Assembly: GCA_964344355.1 (NCBI GenBank)
Contig: CAYFNE010000016.1
Coordinates: 4,344-68,343 of the forward strand
Reading direction: 5' to 3'
Length of the DNA stretch: 64,000 nt
Source of the DNA: an uncultured Magnetococcales bacterium
GTDB lineage: Bacteria; Pseudomonadota; Magnetococcia; Magnetococcales; CAYFNE01
The notes beneath the pieces are model-generated. The model was not told the DNA's origin. It was given only the letters and a program-made list of their open reading frames with translations, and did not search any database. The translations under genes were made by a program, and so were the position numbers. Of the stretch, positions 56,896 through 64,000 are shown in pieces (position 1 is the stretch's first letter; each line of letters starts with the position of its first letter).

Positions 56896-58812
56896 TTATT
56901 TCTTGAAAATCGTTTTCATGACGCCGCCCAACCAGCCACTCTCTTCTGCCACCTTCCCCGTCTCTTCCGGCTTTTTTTCACCATCCAGGGCCTCTCCTTC
57001 TCCCCGGTCCGGCTCCTCCCCTTTGGCAAACGACCAATCCAATACCCACTGTTTGATCACCCCATCCCGGCCACCACTCAGAAAAAAACCGGTATCCCGA
57101 TTGAAACGCAAGGCGCACACCCCCTTGTCATGCCCCTCCAACGTGAACAGACACCGCCCCGTTTCCACCTCCCAAATACGAATGGTGCCATTTTTACCAC
57201 CGGACAAAGCATGCCGCCCATCCTGACTCAAAACCACCGACGCCACCACCCGACCATCACTCTCAAAGGTACGCTGACAAAAACCGGTGGCCACATCCCA
57301 TAATTTCAACGTGCCATCCTCACTGCCGGTCAAAACCATGCGGCCATCCAATCGCAGGGAAATGGCAGTGACGGGACCTTGATGACCTTCACAGTTGTGC
57401 TTGGACTGCTCGGTACGGGCCAGATTCCAAATTTTCAACGTGCCATCCCGACTGCCAGCCAAGGCATATGCGCCATCAAAACTCAAGGCCACCGAGGTCA
57501 CCGTGTCCCAGGGCCCCTTCAAGGTTTTCAAGACCACCCCACTGGCAACATCCCACAACCGCACGGTCTTGTCGGCGCCCCCCGACAGGACGTGCCGGCC
57601 ATCGACACTCATGACCACCGCCGTCACCGGCCCCTCATGCCCCCGTAATACCGTCCCGGCCCCATCATCACTGCGCGGGTCCCACAATCGCACGGTGTGA
57701 TCGGCCAGGGCGGCGGCGGCGATTTCACCGTTGTAACTCAAATCGATGGCATCGACGGCGCCCCCCGGAAAGGAAACCTGCCGCGATAAACGGCCCGTTT
57801 CCAGGTCCCATCGACACAGACGGCCATCGCCACCGCCGGAAAACAGAAAACGACCGTCTTCATCGAACAACACATCGTTCAACTCCGGATGGCGATCGGG
57901 CACCACGAAATATTCCCAGGCCCCGCGCAGGCGGTGACGGGGCAACAACCGGCACAACCGGGCACAAATGGCCATGGCCTCGGCGCCCCGGTCAAAACCG
58001 GTCTGGGCGCGGGCATTGCGGACATGTTCGAGGGCCAGGGCCGCATCCCGAACCTTGAGGGCCCGGCGGGCGGCCTCGATCTCCTGGTCATAGGCGGTTT
58101 GGGTGGCGAGGACCGTTTCACTGTCGCGGATGCGCGACAACATGAACGGGGCGCGTTCCCGCTTTTCCGGATGGATGGACCACAGTTTCATCCGCCAACG
58201 GTCATCCATGGCCAACACATGATGGCCATCGGCGGCCAGGGCCCCCTGCGTCACCGCCCCGGAGCCGATGGCATGGGTGAACAGGCAGCGACCGCTGGCC
58301 ACCTCCCACAGACGCACGGTACCATCGGCGGAAGCGGAAAGGGCCAAACGGCCGGCCCGATCCAGCGACAGGGCGGTAATGGCCTTGAGATGCCCCTGGA
58401 AACGACGCAACCGACCGGCCTTTTCCAGGGACCACAACCATACCGACCCGTCCTTGGCCCCCGACAACACCCGATCATGACGCCAATCGACGGCCAGGGC
58501 GGTAATGACCGCCTCGTGCCCTTCCAGGGTCAGCAACGGACGGCCATCGGCCACCTCCCATAAACGCAGGGTGCGATCCTCGCTGCCGGAGAGCGCCCGC
58601 CGGCCATCGTCGCTCCAGGCCAACTGCGTCACCCGACCGGTATGACCATCGAAGGAACGGGGATCGCCCTCGCCACCGCCGGTATCGCGCAGGATCAGGG
58701 TGGCGAAACTGCCGGAGAGCACCCGCCCCCCCCGGGATCGAGTGCCACCGCCGATACGGTGTCCATGTGACCGGTGAAGGTGCGCAGACACCGGCCATCG
58801 GCCAAATTCCAC
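56896..58812 (-). CDS. WD40-repeat region, C-terminal half of the frameshift-split kinase-WD40 gene
   Basis: It holds many WD40 units (GHxxxVxxxxxSxDGxxxLSGSxDxTLRLW-type). The N-terminal ~35 aa of the track ORF are nonsense, with no credible own start. The reading frame joins 58695..60560 at the G8 run. Confidence 0.8.
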   Translation of the reverse strand: MEFGRWPVSAHLHRSHGHRIGGGTRSRGGRVLSGSFATLILRDTGGGEGDPRSFDGHTGRVTQLAWSDDGRRALSGSEDRTLRLWEVADGRPLLTLEGHEAVITALAVDWRHDRVLSGAKDGSVWLWSLEKAGRLRRFQGHLKAITALSLDRAGRLALSASADGTVRLWEVASGRCLFTHAIGSGAVTQGALAADGHHVLAMDDRWRMKLWSIHPEKRERAPFMLSRIRDSETVLATQTAYDQEIEAARRALKVRDAALALEHVRNARAQTGFDRGAEAMAICARLCRLLPRHRLRGAWEYFVVPDRHPELNDVLFDEDGRFLFSGGGDGRLCRWDLETGRLSRQVSFPGGAVDAIDLSYNGEIAAAALADHTVRLWDPRSDDGAGTVLRGHEGPVTAVVMSVDGRHVLSGGADKTVRLWDVASGVVLKTLKGPWDTVTSVALSFDGAYALAGSRDGTLKIWNLARTEQSKHNCEGHQGPVTAISLRLDGRMVLTGSEDGTLKLWDVATGFCQRTFESDGRVVASVVLSQDGRHALSGGKNGTIRIWEVETGRCLFTLEGHDKGVCALRFNRDTGFFLSGGRDGVIKQWVLDWSFAKGEEPDRGEGEALDGEKKPEETGKVAEESGWLGGVMKTIFKK

Positions 58813-60560
58813 AACTTGAGCATGCGATCGGCGCCGCCGCTGATCAATGTCCCCTCATCCGCACTCACCGACAGGGCGATGATGGCACCACGATGACCCT
58901 TGCAGGTCAGCTCACAGTGGCCATCGGTCAAGCGCCACCGTTTGATCAGCCGATCCTCGCCGGCGGTCAACACCCAGGAGGCATCCCGGCTCAAATAGAG
59001 CGTGCGAACGGGCCAATCCTGTTTTTCCAGGGCGGTCATCAGCCGCCAGCCGTCATTCAGGCGATTTTTGGCCAGGTCAACGAGGTCGTCCGCCTCCACC
59101 CGTTGCCGTTGCGCCCCGGAGAGGGTGTGGAGGTGGGTCAGGACCCGGGAGGGATCGTTGCGCTCCAGGTGCAACCACGATTCACAGACGATATGGTTTT
59201 CCGGTCGGCGGGCCAGAGACCGCGACTCCTCCAGCTCGCGCAAAAAGGCATCATCGGTCGATTTGGCCAGGCGCCAGGTGAGCAACCCCCGATTGAAGAT
59301 GCTCTCCAGGTGGCCGGGCTGGGTGCGCAGGGCCTCGGACCACAGTTTCAGGGCCTGGTTCCGCCGCCGGTCCTGCCCCTTGATCTCCAGGTCGAGCAAC
59401 GACAGGGCGCGATTGTTGAGGCTGTCGGCGGTGTTGCGCCCCCGCTCCGGCACCAGACGCAGGTGCGGCTTGCCCAATAGCCGTTGATGGATCTCCCGCA
59501 ACCGACCGGCGACCACCGCCATGTCATGGGGTCGTTGATCGGCCGACTCCTGAAAACAATCCCGTAGCAGGTCCAACACCGGGGGCGGAATTTTCGGGAT
59601 GCGGTGCTGCAGCGCCCGCGCCCCCCGTTTCTCCATGAACCGATCCAGCAACGCCCCCACCACACTGCCCGAGGGCCACAGGAGTTCGCCGGTGAACATG
59701 TGCAACAACGACACCGCCCAGCTCCACAGATCGCTGCGCCGGGTCAGGGACCGTTTGCCCACCTGCTCCGGGGAGGCATAGGCCGGGGTGTGGCCGACAC
59801 CATCGACCATCAGGGTATCCTGTTCATCCAACCGCACCGTCTGGCCATCGCTACCGCCCCCCTGGGGCTGGGGACGCGATCCGGCGAGGCCGAAATCGGT
59901 GACCTTGGCGGTCCCCTCCGGGGTCATCATCACATTGGCCGGTTTGACGTCCTGATGGATCAGACCGGCGTTGTGGGCGTGATCCAACCCCCAGGCCATC
60001 TGGATGGCGATGTCGAACATGCGGGACAAAGCCTCCTCCGGCGTCCCCCGATAGAGTTTGCCGGTTTCGATCCAGGCCTTGAGATCGCCGCCGGCGACAT
60101 ATTCGGCGAACACCCGCGGCACATCGTCCACCCGGCGCACATAGTGGCAGCTGACGGTGTTGGGATGCAGCCCCAGGTTGACCCAGGTTTCCGCCTCCCG
60201 TTCAAAGTTGGCCTTGCCGCCGGCCGCCGCCATCGCCTTGCCGGTGGGACTCTTGACCGCCAGGTCCAGTTTCCAGTTGTTGTGATGCACCAGATAGACG
60301 CGGCCGAACCCCCCCTCCCCCAGGAGTTTTTTCACTTCGTAGAGATCCAGCAGCCGCTCGCCCGGTTTCCAGGTTTCGGAGAACGATCGCCGGGCCGCCT
60401 TTTCGCCGACCGAGGCGTCGGTCAGGGTCACCAGTTCCAGTTTGAAGGGTTCCCCGCAACGCACACAGACAATACGCCGCCCCACCTGATCGGGACGCAC
60501 CTTCTTGTAGCGGACGCCACAGTGTGGGCAGATCGCTCTTTGGTTGGCGCTGTCGTTCAT
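58695..60560 (-). CDS. Zinc-ribbon + Ser/Thr protein kinase + helical linker + first WD40 repeats (N-terminal half of split gene)
   Basis: It has an N-terminal CPHCGVRYKK..CVRCGEPF zinc ribbon. The kinase motifs are GEGGFGRVYLV, AVKS, IHQDVKPANVMM, VTDFGLA and PAYASPEQ. WD40 repeats begin near the C-terminus, and the ORF terminates 33 nt after a G8 run. Confidence 0.85.
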   Translation of the reverse strand: MNDSANQRAICPHCGVRYKKVRPDQVGRRIVCVRCGEPFKLELVTLTDASVGEKAARRSFSETWKPGERLLDLYEVKKLLGEGGFGRVYLVHHNNWKLDLAVKSPTGKAMAAAGGKANFEREAETWVNLGLHPNTVSCHYVRRVDDVPRVFAEYVAGGDLKAWIETGKLYRGTPEEALSRMFDIAIQMAWGLDHAHNAGLIHQDVKPANVMMTPEGTAKVTDFGLAGSRPQPQGGGSDGQTVRLDEQDTLMVDGVGHTPAYASPEQVGKRSLTRRSDLWSWAVSLLHMFTGELLWPSGSVVGALLDRFMEKRGARALQHRIPKIPPPVLDLLRDCFQESADQRPHDMAVVAGRLREIHQRLLGKPHLRLVPERGRNTADSLNNRALSLLDLEIKGQDRRRNQALKLWSEALRTQPGHLESIFNRGLLTWRLAKSTDDAFLRELEESRSLARRPENHIVCESWLHLERNDPSRVLTHLHTLSGAQRQRVEADDLVDLAKNRLNDGWRLMTALEKQDWPVRTLYLSRDASWVLTAGEDRLIKRWRLTDGHCELTCKGHRGAIIALSVSADEGTLISGGADRMLKLWNLADGRCLRTFTGHMDTVSAVALDPGGGGCSPAVSPP

Positions 60561-60631
60561 GGATGAATTTTCCGTGTTTTACGCGGGCAATGCAAAAAAA
60601 AAGCGGTGGCGGTTCAACCGAAACGTGAACT

Positions 60632-61180
60632 TCAAGGGCGGCGGTCGGCCCTTTTCGAACGGTTTTTCCGGCAATGACCGGCCGCCAGCAGAAAAACCAC
60701 GGCGAATGCCGCCAGTCCCGGCGCGAAAAACAGGGACCAGGCGCGGTCTTTGATCCGTTCGTGAACCCCGGCCAGGGAAACCGCCACGTACAGGGCGCTG
60801 GGGATGGCGAGGGAGGGCGCATCATCGGCAACCGGCAGCGGGAATCGGCGCAGGATGAGGCCCCGGTCGTCGGCGAGGCCGGAACCGGCGAGACTTTTTT
60901 TGCGGTCGGGGCGGATCTCGACGAACAGGATGTCCGGCAACTCCAACATTTTTTTCAGCCGTTTTTCGGTCTCCTCCCGGGAACCGCCGCGCAACCCCGC
61001 CACCAACGGCGGCACCTGGTCGCGACCGATGGCCGCCACCTGATGGCGAACGCGATCCACCTCCTGCCGATAGGCGAAAAAAAGGGTGACGGTGGCGACG
61101 GGAAGCGCCAGGAGCAGGGCCACGGCGACCCGACGCATCCGGGAACGGCACAGCCAGGAGGGGGTGGTCGGGGAGATCAT
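60632..61180 (-). CDS. Hypothetical two-TM membrane protein (sensor-domain-like periplasmic loop)
   Basis: 182-aa ORF with TM helices near both ends (VAVALLLALPVATVTLFF; LFFAPGLAAFAVVFLLAAG). No output domain is present. Confidence 0.5.
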   Translation of the reverse strand: MISPTTPSWLCRSRMRRVAVALLLALPVATVTLFFAYRQEVDRVRHQVAAIGRDQVPPLVAGLRGGSREETEKRLKKMLELPDILFVEIRPDRKKSLAGSGLADDRGLILRRFPLPVADDAPSLAIPSALYVAVSLAGVHERIKDRAWSLFFAPGLAAFAVVFLLAAGHCRKNRSKRADRRP

Positions 61181-61416
61181 TCCGGTCGGTTTCCATTTGG
61201 CGGATCATTGGGGTCGGGGGCGGATCCCGGAAAACCCGGCCGGCGGGTCGCCTCATGATCCGGGCGCCGCACCACTCCCGAACATTTTCCGGAAATGATC
61301 CACGAAGTCAACCACCGGACCCCGGCGACGGAACGGGCCGGTCCCCATCCGCATCTTGGCCCGGATATTGAATCGCTCCAGGATCCCCTTTGAGAATCCT
61401 ACAACTGGCTTGGCAT

Positions 61417-63963
61417 ATGTACAAAAAATATTTTGGGCTGCAACGCTCACCATTTTCCATAACGCCGGACCCCCAGTTTCTGTTTTTAAGCAAACGACAC
61501 CGGGAAGCGTTGGCGCATCTGCACTACTCCATTCAGGGTTCCAGTGGTTTCGTCATGCTTTCCGGTGAGGTGGGAACCGGTAAAACGACCCTTTCCCGTT
61601 GTCTGCTGGATCAACTTTCCGACAAGGCCGACATGGCCCTTATCTTCAATCCGAAACTGACCGCTCCGGAATTGATCGCCTCCATCTGCGACGAGTTGGC
61701 CATCCCCTACGGTGACACGTCCAGCATGAAGGTACTCTATGATGCCCTGAACAACTTTCTTTTAAAAAATTATGGGGATGGACGCACCACCGTTCTTATC
61801 GTCGACGAAGCGCAAAACCTCAGCGGCGAGCTGCTCGAACAGATCCGCTTGTTGAGCAACCTGGAAACCGTCAGCAAAAAACTTTTGCAGATCATATTGA
61901 TCGGCCAGCCGGAACTGATCCAGTTGCTGGCCCGCTCCGATCTCCGGCAGTTCAGCCAGCGTATCACCGCCCGGTACCATATCACCCCCTTGAGCCGGAA
62001 GGAGACGGCGGAATATATCGGCTTCCGCCTGACGGTGGCCGGCGCCACCCGGTCGCTCTTCACCCCTGGGGCCACCCGGAAGGTCCATCACCTGTCCGGC
62101 GGGTTGCCGCGCATGATCAACAAGATTTGCGATCGGGCCCTGCTCGGCGCCTACGTCAAGGGGCAACCCCGGGTCGATGCCGCCACCGTCAAGGAAGCGG
62201 CGAAGGAGGTCCTGGATCCGAAGCCCCGGCCAACCTGGTACGCCCCGGCGGCCATGACGCTCGTCGGGGCCGCTCTCGGTTTTTCGTTTTGGTTCGCATT
62301 CCATAATGTCCCGGGTATTCAAAGTCGGATTCAAAACTTTTTTCACACCATCGAAACGCGCAGCATCGCCCATCTGACCCGCCTGTTTCCGGCGCCGGAG
62401 GATTCCGGGCGACCGGCGGCCACCGGAAAACCGGTCGTGGCCCGGGCACACCCCCCGAAAACATCGGCAAAACCGCCGCCGACACCCCCGGCCGACGCCG
62501 CAACCGACGTGGTGGCCGCGGCGAAACCGGCCGGTCCGGAAAAAAACCGTGTCACGACGGCAAAAAACACCGCGCCGGCGCCGAAAAAGACCCCCCCGGC
62601 CAAGGAGCCGCCGGTCCCGAAGGCCGACATCGTCTCCGCCCCGCCGATTGACCGCCGTCCGGCACAATCGGCCCCGATCGCCGAACCTGCCCAAAAAACC
62701 ACGCCAACGCAACCAAAAACGGCACCCCCCATCGTCAGCGAGCGGGCCACCGGTGACGGGGATGCGGCTGCTGGCGGGAACCCCCCCCCCGTAACCACGA
62801 CGGTGGCGAAAAAAAAGGCCCCGAGGGCGCAACCGGCGGCCAGACCGGTGGCCGAATCCGCACCGCCACAGGATCGAAAAACGATCGTCGCGACGGATAT
62901 TGCTGCACAGAAGGTCCCGAAAACGACGAACAACCGGTCCACCGAGCCGATGCCGGATGGATACGACCGGCAACGTCTTGAAGCGAAAACCCCTTCCCGG
63001 AGCGGAGACCGCCCCTCCGCGGAACCGGTGACGGGAAGAAAAGAGAAATCCCCTGGCGGAACGCCCCCCACGGCGGTCAAAAAAACCGTTCAGGACAACC
63101 GGTCGAAAACCACCCCGGCCACCCCTCCCCCGGAAAGAGTGGCCACCGGCGCCCCGGCGAAGGGTCTGCCGGAACCGGGCCGGCCGCTCGCCAGGCCGGA
63201 CAGTCTTTCCACCGCTTCCCGCACGGCGGAAAAAACCGGCGAGTCCCCTATAAACCAGCCTTTCCGGAACGCGCCGCCCGTTCCCATGAACGTGGTCTCC
63301 AACGATCGAAACGACCTGGAGACCGTTTTTTCCGACGCCCATCTTCAAACCCAACAGTGGGCGGCCTTGAAAAATCTGTTTTCTCTTTGGAAAATCGACC
63401 CCTCAAAGGTTTCTCCCCGACCGACCTGCGCCGGTGACGGCCGGCGGGCGGGTGCGATCTGCAAAACCTACAGCAGCACCTGGCGGGAGATCGCCATTAT
63501 GGGATTGCCGGTGATCATTCGACTGCTCGGTAATGACCTGAAAGAGCACTTCGCCATCGTCACCGCCTTGAATCCGCAACGTGTATCCCTGTCTTTTGGG
63601 AAACGGGAAATGACCCTGCCGATCAATCTGGTGACCGCTTATTGGGATGGCACCTTTACCACCTTGCTGCGTACCACGCCCGGCAACCAAAAATTTCTGT
63701 TACCCGGCCATAAAAGTCTGGACACCCTGTGGTTGCGGCAAAAATTAAAAAAAATATTGGGACCCGAACGACCCGACGCCGCTGAACCGCTTCTTTTCGA
63801 TCCGGCCCTGAAACGCCGCGTTCAACTGTTCCAAAAGAAAACAATGCTGCAACCCGATGGCATCGTCGGTCCCATGACCATTCTCAAACTGGACATGTTC
63901 AGCCGGGATCCCGCCCGACCCGTTCCACGGCTCGGGCCGATAAACGTGAAACAGGTGGAGTAA
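61417..63963 (+). CDS. ExeA/GspA-like AAA ATPase with long Pro/Ala/Lys-rich spacer and C-terminal peptidoglycan-binding domain
   Basis: The protein starts MYKKYFGLQRSPFSITPDPQFLF (ExeA-type N-terminus) and has Walker A GEVGTGKT and Walker B VLIVDEAQNL. A TM helix (AAMTLVGAALGFSFWFAF) is followed by about 330 aa of low complexity. The C-terminus is PG_binding_1-like (ALKRRVQLFQKKTMLQPDGIVGPMTILKL). ATG 61417 was chosen; the track starts at TTG 61390. Confidence 0.85.
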   Translation: MYKKYFGLQRSPFSITPDPQFLFLSKRHREALAHLHYSIQGSSGFVMLSGEVGTGKTTLSRCLLDQLSDKADMALIFNPKLTAPELIASICDELAIPYGDTSSMKVLYDALNNFLLKNYGDGRTTVLIVDEAQNLSGELLEQIRLLSNLETVSKKLLQIILIGQPELIQLLARSDLRQFSQRITARYHITPLSRKETAEYIGFRLTVAGATRSLFTPGATRKVHHLSGGLPRMINKICDRALLGAYVKGQPRVDAATVKEAAKEVLDPKPRPTWYAPAAMTLVGAALGFSFWFAFHNVPGIQSRIQNFFHTIETRSIAHLTRLFPAPEDSGRPAATGKPVVARAHPPKTSAKPPPTPPADAATDVVAAAKPAGPEKNRVTTAKNTAPAPKKTPPAKEPPVPKADIVSAPPIDRRPAQSAPIAEPAQKTTPTQPKTAPPIVSERATGDGDAAAGGNPPPVTTTVAKKKAPRAQPAARPVAESAPPQDRKTIVATDIAAQKVPKTTNNRSTEPMPDGYDRQRLEAKTPSRSGDRPSAEPVTGRKEKSPGGTPPTAVKKTVQDNRSKTTPATPPPERVATGAPAKGLPEPGRPLARPDSLSTASRTAEKTGESPINQPFRNAPPVPMNVVSNDRNDLETVFSDAHLQTQQWAALKNLFSLWKIDPSKVSPRPTCAGDGRRAGAICKTYSSTWREIAIMGLPVIIRLLGNDLKEHFAIVTALNPQRVSLSFGKREMTLPINLVTAYWDGTFTTLLRTTPGNQKFLLPGHKSLDTLWLRQKLKKILGPERPDAAEPLLFDPALKRRVQLFQKKTMLQPDGIVGPMTILKLDMFSRDPARPVPRLGPINVKQVE

Positions 63964-63969
63964 CCAACC

Positions 63970-64000
63970 ATGTCATTCATTCTGGATGCACTGAGAAAAA
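63970..64000 (+). CDS. Start of GspB/ExeB-like protein (runs off window end)
   Basis: ATG at 63970, 6 nt after the ExeA-like stop. It encodes MSFILDALRK, the characteristic N-terminus of GspB/ExeB-like partners of ExeA. Only 10 codons are visible. Confidence 0.4.
   Translation, partial: MSFILDALRK

Noticed and set aside
61762-63354. 530-aa minus-strand ORF
   Set aside because: It is antisense to the ExeA-like gene and is dominated by Arg/Gly runs mirroring the Pro/Ala-rich linker.

Overview
This is a GC-rich chromosomal window, about 63% GC in hand-counted 60-nt lines. It is probably proteobacterial, because it carries a sigma-54 activator, class III PhaEC, ImuB-DnaE2 and ExeA/GspB-like genes. 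All calls come from reading the ORF track and the sequence by eye. No database search was run, and start codons were chosen by hand from RBS and overlap context.

Contents, left to right:
- A minus-strand string holding a Ser/Thr kinase (cut by the window edge), a trypsin-like protease-TPR protein and a gamma-carbonic-anhydrase-like protein.
- An ankyrin, heptaheme cytochrome c, cytochrome b and octaheme cytochrome c operon. It has a sigma-54-type promoter and a divergent sigma-54 activator.
- A secreted repeat protein.
- A translationally coupled trio: a small protein, a membrane-spanning SMC/Rad50-like ATPase and a PstS-like binding protein.
- Response regulators (GGDEF and wHTH outputs).
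- The NAGGN osmoprotectant cluster (asnO-ngg-M42 peptidase).
- A 1419-aa hybrid histidine kinase.
- An AT-rich islet (33-43% GC in sampled lines) carrying a single RelA/SpoT-synthetase::helical-repeat fusion gene.
- A flavin reductase and imuB-dnaE2.
- A TerD-TerD-TerB-like-CheX::hemerythrin cluster.
- A complete PHA set (phaA, phaB, phaR, phasin, phaE, phaC).
- A five-gene coupled signalling operon.
- A TPR protein.
- A Ser/Thr kinase-WD40 gene split by a homopolymer frameshift.
- An ExeA-like ATPase followed by the start of a GspB-like gene.

Most interesting observations:
1. The orphan RSH-fusion gene on the low-GC islet is a candidate single-gene toxSAS-like defence or stress module.
2. 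The SMC-like ATPase has a transmembrane hairpin at its coiled-coil apex and is coupled to a periplasmic PstS-like protein.
3. A multi-hairpin intergenic element of about 230 bp occurs twice, and base changes in its stems are compensated.
4. Two genes are broken at G7/G8 runs, and each is repaired by adding one G.

No CRISPR array, rRNA, tRNA, transposase or integrase could be supported. Many long ORFs in the track are antisense artefacts of the high GC content.
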